The translations under genes were made by a program, and so were the position numbers. The notes below the pieces were generated by a model. The model did not search any database, was not told the DNA's origin, and saw only the letters and a list, made by a program, of their open reading frames with translations. DNA of 64,000 nt from an uncultured Bacteroidota bacterium. Lineage in GTDB: Bacteria; Bacteroidota; Bacteroidia; JABEUT01. Each line of letters opens with the position of its first letter. Position 1 is the stretch's first letter. Positions 9,775-18,630 of the stretch are shown piece by piece. Location of the stretch: NCBI GenBank assembly GCA_903901055.1, contig CAIUPO010000103.1:1705-65704 (forward strand). Reading direction: 5' to 3'.

Positions 9775-11148
9775 TTGAAACACTTCTCAGTAAACGGATA
9801 TACAACCTTTTTAAGTTTAGGTTTTGTAATACTTTTAATCCCCGGTAAAGTACTTGCAGGTGATAGCTTGAAGCATAATACGGTATTGTCGTTAGATAGT
9901 GCCATTAGTATGGGTTTGCAGCATAGCCGCATGGTTCAATATTCCAGCGCAAGAGTGAATGAAAGCAAATCCTCTTTAAAGGATTTAAACAGCCGTATTT
10001 ATCCCGATTTGGATGTTTTTGCCGGATACTCGCGCCTTAGCGATGTGCCAACCCAGTATTTTCATTTCCCTGGCTCATCCGAACCAATTCCGTCTACCAC
10101 TTTATTCCCGGTTATACTCAACAACTATTCTTTGGGCGCTTCCTTGAATGAAAGTATTTTCAATGGATTCCAATGGAAATATGCCGTGCAAACTATGGAG
10201 CTTAATGAGAAAAGCACTGAGTTTAGCCTTGAGAGCCAGAAAAGCACTATTTCAATAAGCATAATTGTCGGGTATATTAACTTGTTCAAGTTACAGAGAG
10301 CCCATGATGCAGTTATTGAAAACATCAAACAAATTTCTGCACACGTGGATGAAGTGGGCGACTTTGTGAAACATGGACTTGCAACCCAAAACGATTTATT
10401 ACGTACTCAATTACAACTCTCCAATGCACAACTTTCTGAATTGGATTTAAAAAACCAGATAGCAACCGTTAATTTCAATTTGGATATCATGCTCGGATTG
10501 GGCGAGAATACTGCCATTGCAGTTGACAGCAATTCTATTTTGGATAATAAATCGGTGCAGCCGCTTCCATATTATTTGCAAAACTATGCCCAAAACCGCA
10601 ACGATATGAAAGCTGCCGATATGCAGCAAAAGGCCGCTGAGGCTAATATTAACGAAACCCGCAGTGGAATTTATCCTAAACTTACTGTTGGGGCAGATTA
10701 TAACTACTTACGCCCTAACCCACGCATTATTCCTCCTCTCGACCAGTTTCAGCCTACCTGGGATATCGGGTTTAGAATCTCATATAGCCTCACCGGCTGG
10801 TTTGAGAATAAAAATAAAGCAGATGTAAGCCGTGCTAAGCTGGCGGAAGCAAAAGCCCAATACGATGACCTTTCGGATAATGCGAAAATGGACATTAACC
10901 GCGATTACCTGCAATATAAAGAATCATTGGAAAAGATTGCCCTTGCTCAGAAATCCATTGAACAGGCTATGGAGAACTATAAAAGTATAAAGTCAAAATA
11001 TGACAACCACATTGCCCTGCTAACCGATTTGCTCGATGCAGACACATTCCTTTTTAATGCAAAAATTAACCTCATATCATCTAAAGCTGATGCTACTCTC
11101 GCATACTATTCTATGTTAAAGTCTGCCGGAGTATTCACTACAAAATAA
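9775..11148 (+). CDS. TolC-family outer membrane efflux protein
   Basis: Signal peptide, two OEP-like repeats, adjacent to a membrane fusion protein. Confidence 0.88.
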   Translation: MKHFSVNGYTTFLSLGFVILLIPGKVLAGDSLKHNTVLSLDSAISMGLQHSRMVQYSSARVNESKSSLKDLNSRIYPDLDVFAGYSRLSDVPTQYFHFPGSSEPIPSTTLFPVILNNYSLGASLNESIFNGFQWKYAVQTMELNEKSTEFSLESQKSTISISIIVGYINLFKLQRAHDAVIENIKQISAHVDEVGDFVKHGLATQNDLLRTQLQLSNAQLSELDLKNQIATVNFNLDIMLGLGENTAIAVDSNSILDNKSVQPLPYYLQNYAQNRNDMKAADMQQKAAEANINETRSGIYPKLTVGADYNYLRPNPRIIPPLDQFQPTWDIGFRISYSLTGWFENKNKADVSRAKLAEAKAQYDDLSDNAKMDINRDYLQYKESLEKIALAQKSIEQAMENYKSIKSKYDNHIALLTDLLDADTFLFNAKINLISSKADATLAYYSMLKSAGVFTTK

Positions 11149-11157
11149 TCGCTACCC

Positions 11158-12198
11158 ATGAGCACTGAAAAAGACGGTAAAAAAAGAAAAAAAACAACCA
11201 CTATTATTCTTGGAGTAATCTTGCTCGCAGGAATTGTATTTGGTTTAAGAGAATATTTCAAATTCAAGAATATAGAAAGTACCGACGATGCTCAACTCTC
11301 GAGCAATATTGACCCGGTTGTAGCAAGGATTTCCGATTATGTTACTGCCATTGATTTTAAAGATAACGAACATGTAAACAAGGGGCAGGTTTTAATTCAA
11401 CTGGATGACAAGGACCTTGTAATTAAGCAGCAGCAGGCGGAAGCCAATCTGAATGATGCTATGGCAAAAGCAGATGTCTCAAAAGCGAATGCGGCTTCGG
11501 TTGAATCGTTGCTGGCAACCGGAAAAGATGAAATCAATTCAGCTAAAATTAACTATGGTAAGGCGCGAAGGGATTTTGAACGGTACCAAAGTTTGTATAA
11601 AGATGGTTCTGTAACTCAGGAGCAATTTGATCAATTCCGAACGAAAATGGAGAGCGATTCCAATCAGGTTGATATTGCTTCAAAAAAATATGAGTCTGCG
11701 CAAAAGCAATACGAACTGTCCCTTGCTGATCTTGCTTCGGCACAAGCCGCTGTTAACGTTAAGCAGGCGGATTTGAATTTTGCAAAACTGCAATTGTCTT
11801 ATGCAACAATTACTGCACCTTCAAGTGGAATTGCATCAAAACGTTCAATCCAAATTGGGCAATTGGTAGGTGCAGGTTCTTCCTTGCTGGCAATTGTTGA
11901 GGACAGTGTTTGGGTAGAAGCTAATTTTAAAGAGACCCAGTTAAGTGGAATTAAAGCAGGCCAGGATGCTGATGTAACTATTGATGCATTAAACGGACAA
12001 ATTATTAAGGGTAAAGTAAGTTCATTTGCAGGAGCTACCGGAGCATTATTTTCCTTGCTTCCTCCTGATAATGCAACCGGAAACTTTGTTAAAGTAGTAC
12101 AACGTATTCCTATTAAAGTAGTACTCGATACCAAAGACCCAGCATACAAATTGCTCCGCCCGGGGCTAAGCGTTGAGGTTGGTATTACTGTCCCGTAA
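11158..12198 (+). CDS. HlyD/EmrA-family membrane fusion protein
   Basis: STDDAQ, WVEANFKETQL, FSLLPPDNATGNFVKVVQRIP (EmrA-type signature). Confidence 0.93.
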   Translation: MSTEKDGKKRKKTTTIILGVILLAGIVFGLREYFKFKNIESTDDAQLSSNIDPVVARISDYVTAIDFKDNEHVNKGQVLIQLDDKDLVIKQQQAEANLNDAMAKADVSKANAASVESLLATGKDEINSAKINYGKARRDFERYQSLYKDGSVTQEQFDQFRTKMESDSNQVDIASKKYESAQKQYELSLADLASAQAAVNVKQADLNFAKLQLSYATITAPSSGIASKRSIQIGQLVGAGSSLLAIVEDSVWVEANFKETQLSGIKAGQDADVTIDALNGQIIKGKVSSFAGATGALFSLLPPDNATGNFVKVVQRIPIKVVLDTKDPAYKLLRPGLSVEVGITVP

Positions 12199-12204
12199 TT
12201 ATTC

Positions 12205-13257
12205 TCACCAGGAATAATAAATACTCATATTTCCATAAATATAGCTGTACACGTTTTTCAGTACAGGGGTTGAATAAGTTTGTGTCCATGAAGCAGCCCA
12301 ATGCTTGTAGGTTATTACAGGGCCATACTCGGCAATTCCAACAAAATTTTCTATCTCCTGTTTGGGTTTTTCAACATATACGGTCTCCTTTGATTGCCCA
12401 CTTACAATAATAGTTTTAACCATCGGCTGAGGACTGAACATTCCACCTTGTATCATTGCGCTGTAACGTACATATTGGCCTGCCGCTTTTAGCATAATAT
12501 ATAACTGAATCTTATTATAACATTTGTCGGTATAAGAATTTGAGAAGTGGCCCATGAACCCATTAAAGTAAGGGTTCATCTTGCCAATATAAATTGATGT
12601 TCCCAATTCTATTGCATCAAACATAGTTCCTGCAGAAATCTGAGCCCTGCCTATAGCTTGAAACCCCTTATTGCTTACAATTTCTTTTTCAATGGTAAAA
12701 TTAATATTTGCTAAAACAGCATTCCGGTATTGATTGCCCCATCCGTTTGGTATTGCAGTGTCTTGCAAAACGGTATGCAGCCAATGCTGCGCTGTTCCTG
12801 CAAAAGATGAGGGGCCCATAATTCCCAAAACGAGTTCCGTCTGCAAATCGTATTTCTTTTTAGGATTATAAGAATACAATGAATGCTTAGCAAAATCAGC
12901 ACCTGCATACGAATAGTCGTTGTAAACGTAATACGAGGTTGTGAGGTAATCGGGTGTGTACATCATTTGCATTAACCCCAAACTATAGGTGTTTATGCTG
13001 CTGTCACCTGCTTTTGGCAATATCTTATCTAAAAAGAAACCGGGTTTGTGATTCAGGTTGTAAAATAAATTCAATTGTTCACCACTTGTGTAAGCTTTGT
13101 CTGTTCCCATTCCTATGTCGTTGAAATAATCGTCATCTTCATACGCCCGAAGCATATATACTGTTGAATGATTGCTTTCATTCTGACCGAAAAGTTGGAA
13201 AGCACAAAGAACCAAAATTAGAAAGGGAAATAACTTTTTTATTCCTTGGGTTAACAT
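12205..13257 (-). CDS. Lipid A 3-O-deacylase LpxR-family (DUF2219) outer membrane protein
   Basis: EDDD...TDKAYTSG, QMMYTP, GIMGPSSFAG..Q..H, GWGNQ, terminal aromatic residue. Confidence 0.82.
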   Translation of the reverse strand: MLTQGIKKLFPFLILVLCAFQLFGQNESNHSTVYMLRAYEDDDYFNDIGMGTDKAYTSGEQLNLFYNLNHKPGFFLDKILPKAGDSSINTYSLGLMQMMYTPDYLTTSYYVYNDYSYAGADFAKHSLYSYNPKKKYDLQTELVLGIMGPSSFAGTAQHWLHTVLQDTAIPNGWGNQYRNAVLANINFTIEKEIVSNKGFQAIGRAQISAGTMFDAIELGTSIYIGKMNPYFNGFMGHFSNSYTDKCYNKIQLYIMLKAAGQYVRYSAMIQGGMFSPQPMVKTIIVSGQSKETVYVEKPKQEIENFVGIAEYGPVITYKHWAASWTQTYSTPVLKNVYSYIYGNMSIYYSW

Positions 13258-13269
13258 ACTTTCTGTTCG

Positions 13270-13866
13270 TTATTCCTCCCTGTTTTCTAAGCGTTCATCA
13301 ACTGTTGAGGAACTTTCTTTTTTGTTGCTTTTCCTGCTAATCCAATTAGAGAGCCACCTGTTAAAGGTCAATAACAACGCCCCTAATAGTATCCTGCCAA
13401 AATTGAAGATAGTCATACTTAAACTTACACTGCTCCAAATCTTTTCTAATGATAACCCTGTTGTTTTATCAGATGAATAGATAGTATCTTTAAGCCTGGA
13501 GTAATAAATAAAGTCGGAAAACAAATCCGGAATAGAATAGATAAGTATTGTTACTCCTGTAACAATAAAGGCTATTTGCAAAATAGCAACTCCTTCTACG
13601 TTTATATTAACGGTCTCCTGGTCGAAGTTTTTATCAAGTTTAAGTTTGTTAATTATCCAACCGGTTTTGAATAGCGATGCCCAAATAATCAAAGAATAGG
13701 AAGCAAAAACAATTGTTATAGCCAAAATATAAACCACCATCGACGAGCCATGTGTAGTTGATATTGGGAATTTGGTTATCCATGAAGGAATAATATTAAT
13801 CAGGTTATAAATCATGGCAATGCCAAAGATTCTAAGGATAATGGTGAATAGGGTGCGTGGCGTCAT
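13270..13866 (-). CDS. Hypothetical 4-TM membrane protein
   Basis: 198-aa ORF with four hydrophobic segments; TATGTTTG promoter box upstream. Confidence 0.75.
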   Translation of the reverse strand: MTPRTLFTIILRIFGIAMIYNLINIIPSWITKFPISTTHGSSMVVYILAITIVFASYSLIIWASLFKTGWIINKLKLDKNFDQETVNINVEGVAILQIAFIVTGVTILIYSIPDLFSDFIYYSRLKDTIYSSDKTTGLSLEKIWSSVSLSMTIFNFGRILLGALLLTFNRWLSNWISRKSNKKESSSTVDERLENREE

Positions 13867-13974
13867 TCGGTAAGTTTATCGTAGAACAAACATAATAAAA
13901 ATAAAAGCACGTAAATTCTTCTGCCCTTGCAGTATAATTTTGCTATTAATTATTGTAATAATTAATATCGCTAT

Positions 13975-14345
13975 AAAAAGACACTAATTAGATCCCACTA
14001 ATAAGTGTCTTTTTTTATTGCTAGCAATGCTATTTTCATTTTTTACTTTTGGTTTTGAATAGCACTGTTCATAAATAATTGCCTGTCGGGCTCCGGCCTT
14101 TTTACAAAAACACTTTTTGGTGTAGTATATTTGCATTAGAAAATAATGCTTTTATGCTCAATCAAAAACTGATTTTTGAATTTTACGGCCTCGATTTTCA
14201 TTGCAGATTATTGCTATTTACAATAAAATTATTTGCAACGCGCTCATTTTCAGTGCCTGTTAAAAACAGGTTTTATTGTTTTTCATTGCAAATACATTGC
14301 TTTTTCATTGCTTTTCCATTGCTAATTCATTGCTTTTTTATGCCG
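13975..14345. repeat. Non-coding element copy A (hairpin, promoter box, palindrome, 11-bp phased repeats)
   Basis: Hairpin 13979-14010 matches 47078-47109 at 28/32 nt; TATATTTG at 14126-14133; CCTGTTAAAAACAGG at 14256-14270; CATTGC at 14284/14295/14306/14317/14328. Confidence 0.75.
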
Positions 14346-14485
14346 ATTTTTAGCAATATAAAATCAGGGTAGATTGGATAATTATAAACCGAACAACGTG
14401 ATTTCGATTCCTAATTATTAATTATTCGTGTTTCGTTTATTTTTTTATTTGAACTCATTAGGGCTTCGCCCTTCCTAATTCCTGA

Positions 14486-15331
14486 TTAAGTCTTGTGAAA
14501 CAAGACGAGTTCCTCCACCGGTTCCAGTACAAACTTCCCTGTTTTAATTCCTTTGTTTTTACAAAGCTCATTCAGAATTTCCTTGTAGTAATAGGCTACC
14601 GAGCCTACAAAATGCACAGTTGTGTTTTTATAATCGGCATAGCGGCAAACATGTTTTACTAAAAATAAATCCAAACATTCTTTCAATAAATTTTGAATAA
14701 ATGGGTGTGTAATATGTTTGGCTGCAAACATGCTGAAGGTCCCTAAAAATTTATTAAAGTTTGGCTCCAGGTAAACCTTTTTATCAATAGCGGCGCGGTC
14801 CATCTGGTAGGTATTCGTGAAGTCGGTTCGTAAGTCTTCCGGCATTTCTTTATTTAAAAAGGCTGCAACAATACTCTTTCCAATATGGCCTCCGCTGCCT
14901 TCATCCCCCAGTATAAACCCCAATCCGCCTATGGTTTGGGTGGTATTAGTCCCATCATAATAACAGGAGTTAGAGCCCGTGCCAAGTATGCAAACAATCC
15001 CTTTTTCATGGCCGCAACAGGCACGGGCTGCACCAAGAATATCGTGCTCCACACTAACAGTTGCATTCGTAAAACATGCTGAAAGTGCCGTTTTCACTTC
15101 CTCACATTTTGAGGGTACTGAACATCCGGCACCATAAAAATAGATTGCATCAATAGCTTCTGCTTTGCAAGGCAAATGAGCTATTAGGTCATTATTCAAA
15201 ACCGCTTTTAGTTGCTCAATTGTTTTATAATATGGGTTCAGCCCTTCAGTGTGAAATGGGAATGCTAATCCATTATCATTTACCAATCTCCATCCTGTTT
15301 TAGATGAGCCGCTATCTGCAATAAGCACCAT
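14486..15331 (-). CDS. N-acetylglucosamine kinase-like BadF/BadG/BcrA/BcrD ATPase
   Basis: LIADSGSSKT, FYGAGC, ILGTGSNSC, LGDEGSG. Confidence 0.9.
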   Translation of the reverse strand: MVLIADSGSSKTGWRLVNDNGLAFPFHTEGLNPYYKTIEQLKAVLNNDLIAHLPCKAEAIDAIYFYGAGCSVPSKCEEVKTALSACFTNATVSVEHDILGAARACCGHEKGIVCILGTGSNSCYYDGTNTTQTIGGLGFILGDEGSGGHIGKSIVAAFLNKEMPEDLRTDFTNTYQMDRAAIDKKVYLEPNFNKFLGTFSMFAAKHITHPFIQNLLKECLDLFLVKHVCRYADYKNTTVHFVGSVAYYYKEILNELCKNKGIKTGKFVLEPVEELVLFHKT

Positions 15332-15387
15332 GAGTTAATATTGTGTTAATAGAATTAAATTAATTTTACCGCAATCAGATTACAAAA

Positions 15388-17043
15388 ATGATAAAAAGAC
15401 TTTTACCTGCGCTTGTTCTCATTACTATTCTTTATTCATGCAATAATGAACAGAAGGAAAATAAAAACGAGCATCGTCCCAAACTTGTTATAGGAATTGT
15501 TGTTGATCAGATGCGCTACGATTACTTATACAAATACAGTAAAAAGTGGGGTAAGGGTGGTTTCAGACGCTTAATGAAGGAAGGATTTTCGTTTGATGAT
15601 GCCCAATATAATTATGTGCCAACCTACACAGGGCCGGGGCATACAGCCATTTATACAGGTGCTACACCTTGCATGAGTGGTATTGTTGCCAATGATTGGT
15701 ATGACCGTAAATTAGGGAAAATGGTATACTGTGTTCAGGATGATACGGTGGCTACTGTTGGGAGTTTTTCAAGTGCAGGTCAAATGTCACCCAGGCGTGA
15801 ATTAGTGAGCACTGTGGGAGATATGCTTAAGTTAAGTGATGAAGGGAAATCAAAGGTGATTGGTATTTCTCAAAAAGACCGTGCTGCTATACTTCCTGCA
15901 GGGCATAGGGCTGATGCGGCTTACTGGCTCGATGACAGCACCGGGAACTTTATTACCAGCACCTATTACATGAAATTTTTACCCCAATGGGTTATGAAGT
16001 TTAATCAGGAAGGAAGAGTTAAAAAATATTTAAGCGCCCCTTGGTATCCCCTATACCTGCCAAAGAACTACACTGAAAGTATGGGTGATGATAACGCGTA
16101 TGAAAAGCCTTACAAGACAGAAAGCGCTCCCTTATTTCCCCACAATTTGCCTGTGTTAATGGATAAGAATGGGGGCTGTGGCTTAATAAAAGCAACCCCG
16201 TTTGGAGATGACCTTACCAAAGATTTTGCCATTGAAACCATAAGGAGTGAAAACCTTGGAAAGGGAGATGAAACCGACATGCTCACCATTAGTTTCTCCT
16301 CTACTGATTACGTCGGGCACCAATTCGGAACAGAGTCTATGGAACTGGAAGATACCTATATCCGCTTAGATAAAGACCTTGAAGAGTTATTTAATTTTCT
16401 TGATTCCTACATTGGAAAAAAGAATGTGTTAGTATTTCTTACTGCCGACCACGGTGCAGCAATTAATGCTCAATACCTCATGGATAAAGGTGTTCCTGCC
16501 GGATACCTTGACGAAAAAGCCCTGTTTGCAAAAGAGAATGAATTTCTCAATTCAAAATACCATGGCGATGTAGCGCTTGAATTTGCGAACCAGCAATTCT
16601 ATATTGATTTTATTACTCCATCTATTGTTGAACAAACCCATTTACCAATTAATAAAGATTCTGTAGAAGACGAAATAGCCAATATTGCTGCCCAATGGCC
16701 AGGCGTGGAGCGCGCCATTCCTGCTTATAAATTAGGTGCAATAAATAGGGATTTCATCAATACCAAAATTTTGAACGGTTATAAAGCAAGCCGCTCCGGT
16801 GATGTGATTATTAACCTTTTGCCCAACTGGCTCAGTTATGCCAAAACAGGCACCACACACGGTGCCCCGTATGATTATGATGCCCATGTTCCTTTGATTT
16901 TCTGGGGAGGAAATATCCAACATGGTGCATCACCAAAAGAGGAAGCTATTACCAATATTGCCCCAACTGTATGTTGGCTCTTGCATATTTCAAACCCGGA
17001 TGGGTGCATGGGGCATGTGATGGGGGAGGTTGGGAAAAGATAA
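15388..17043 (+). CDS. pafA: Alkaline phosphatase PafA-type lipoprotein
   Basis: Lipobox YSC, GIVVDQMRYDYL, PTYTGPGH (Thr nucleophile), TDYVGHQFG, LTADHG, THG. Confidence 0.9.
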   Translation: MIKRLLPALVLITILYSCNNEQKENKNEHRPKLVIGIVVDQMRYDYLYKYSKKWGKGGFRRLMKEGFSFDDAQYNYVPTYTGPGHTAIYTGATPCMSGIVANDWYDRKLGKMVYCVQDDTVATVGSFSSAGQMSPRRELVSTVGDMLKLSDEGKSKVIGISQKDRAAILPAGHRADAAYWLDDSTGNFITSTYYMKFLPQWVMKFNQEGRVKKYLSAPWYPLYLPKNYTESMGDDNAYEKPYKTESAPLFPHNLPVLMDKNGGCGLIKATPFGDDLTKDFAIETIRSENLGKGDETDMLTISFSSTDYVGHQFGTESMELEDTYIRLDKDLEELFNFLDSYIGKKNVLVFLTADHGAAINAQYLMDKGVPAGYLDEKALFAKENEFLNSKYHGDVALEFANQQFYIDFITPSIVEQTHLPINKDSVEDEIANIAAQWPGVERAIPAYKLGAINRDFINTKILNGYKASRSGDVIINLLPNWLSYAKTGTTHGAPYDYDAHVPLIFWGGNIQHGASPKEEAITNIAPTVCWLLHISNPDGCMGHVMGEVGKR

Positions 17044-17063
17044 TTTTGAATGTTGAATAAAAT

Positions 17064-17642
17064 TCAATATTCAAGATCCTTGCCAATTTTAAAATATTTT
17101 AAACTATCAGTGGAAATCTTGCCTTTTATAATCGGGTAAAGCAGACCCTTTTTGTAGTCAACAAAATATTTATTCGCTATTGAACTATCTGTAATGCTTG
17201 ATACATTTCTCTCAAATATTAGGGTATCATGTTGTAAAATATATTGTCCTCCATAAGTACATCCATATTCAACCAGTCCAACAAATATTTCAAACTTGCC
17301 ATTATCTTTAAGCGATATACTTAATCTTGCATGGGTGTTATTTTTTGCGAAAAGAGAAGTTTTATGCGTAAATATTGAACCCCAGTTGATAAAAAACGTA
17401 AAAAGGAGCATTAAAATACCGGTGATAACTAAAGGAATGTAGTTAAATTTTTCTCCATTTTTTTTTAATCTAAATAAAGAAAGACCCAAAAATGCGGCAA
17501 AGGGAATAAATAAAAAAAATGACATCAGAAGTTCCGGGAATCCACCACAGTCATCCTCTCCAGCATGGAAATTTAGTTTGATAAGTAGTCCTCCAATTAT
17601 GATAAGGGGAATAGAGGAATAAAATTTTCTCAGGGACTTCAC
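17064..17642 (-). CDS. Hypothetical membrane protein (3 N-terminal TMs)
   Basis: 192-aa ORF, hydrophobic N-half and soluble C-half. Confidence 0.7.
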   Translation of the reverse strand: MKSLRKFYSSIPLIIIGGLLIKLNFHAGEDDCGGFPELLMSFFLFIPFAAFLGLSLFRLKKNGEKFNYIPLVITGILMLLFTFFINWGSIFTHKTSLFAKNNTHARLSISLKDNGKFEIFVGLVEYGCTYGGQYILQHDTLIFERNVSSITDSSIANKYFVDYKKGLLYPIIKGKISTDSLKYFKIGKDLEY

Positions 17643-17738
17643 ATCAAATGATTGGATTCAAACAAAGATATTCATTTCCGCAAATTGATGACCGACCAAT
17701 AGCAATTTCCCTTTTACCCACCTAACAACTCTTTTGCT

Positions 17739-18368
17739 TTACTTTTTCTTGCTTTTTCCAAGGCTTCGTTTACTAAGTAAGTTCTTTGCCTCTTCATTCG
17801 AAAATGGATTCATTTCCGATACGGCAATTACTTTTTTAACCGAAGATTTTTTTGTGGTTTTTTTCTTTGCTACAGGTAATTCCCTGGTTCCGAAAAGTTC
17901 TTCCGGAAATGGCTCTCTTTCGAAATGTTGCTCCAATTGTACGAAAGTTTTATTCAATTTGTTTAGTGACCCGGCCTTATTTCCGGAAAGGTTATTAATA
18001 CTTGCCTGCTCTGCCAACGCCTGAAATATGGTCTGGCGAATCCACCACACAGCATAAGAAATGAACCTGAATCCTTTTATAGGGACATATCTTTCGGCAG
18101 CCTTCATAAGCCCTAAATTTCCTTCAGTAATCAAGTCAATTATGCTGAGGCCCTGGTTGTAATATTCCTTTGCAACAGATACCACAAACTTCAGGTTAGC
18201 CTTTGTTAGTTTTTCAAGTGCTTTTTTATCTCCCTTCTGAATTTTTTTTGCAAGAATTATTTCTTCACCTTCACTTATAGATTTTTCGTGATAAATATCT
18301 TTTAAGTACTTTTCTAAAGAAGAAGTAGCTTTACTAATAGCAGGTTTTTGGGTTTTCTGTTGTTTCAT
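17739..18368 (-). CDS. RpoD/SigA-type sigma-70 paralog lacking region 4
   Basis: Region 1.2 SLEKYLKDI, region 2 ANLKFVVSVAK...EGNLGLMKAAE...FISYAVWWIRQ, degenerate region 3; ends in a Lys-rich tail with no HTH. Confidence 0.85.
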   Translation of the reverse strand: MKQQKTQKPAISKATSSLEKYLKDIYHEKSISEGEEIILAKKIQKGDKKALEKLTKANLKFVVSVAKEYYNQGLSIIDLITEGNLGLMKAAERYVPIKGFRFISYAVWWIRQTIFQALAEQASINNLSGNKAGSLNKLNKTFVQLEQHFEREPFPEELFGTRELPVAKKKTTKKSSVKKVIAVSEMNPFSNEEAKNLLSKRSLGKSKKK

Positions 18369-18630
18369 TTAATTTTCAATCAAGATTTATACGAAGATAA
18401 ATAAAATTCATTGCCATTCACACTTACTTGCTACAGCACAATAAAATCATGTTATAGTAAAAGCATGAGATATTCCATTAACACACTTTAACATCCCATC
18501 TTAACCCTTTACTATAGCCCCCAAACAGCTATTAAACAGGTGAGTGTAGGAACTACGAACAATTTCCACCTGAAAATGGGGTTATTTGTTCTATATTTGC
18601 GCAGATAACCAAAGCTCGCAACTACCTTAA

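Noticed and set aside
14284-14345. CRISPR or mini-CRISPR interpretation of the phased repeats
   Set aside because: 6-bp repeats with 5-bp spacers are far too short, and no cas genes are present
14079-14372. 97-aa ORF as a bona fide protein
   Set aside because: Its Phe/Cys/His-rich tail is a translation of the 11-bp DNA repeats and its TTG start lies upstream of the promoter box; treated as part of the element, with coding status unresolved
18478-18512. TTAAC repeats upstream of the truncated sigma as a response-regulator box
   Set aside because: Irregular spacing (10 and 13 bp) in AT-rich DNA
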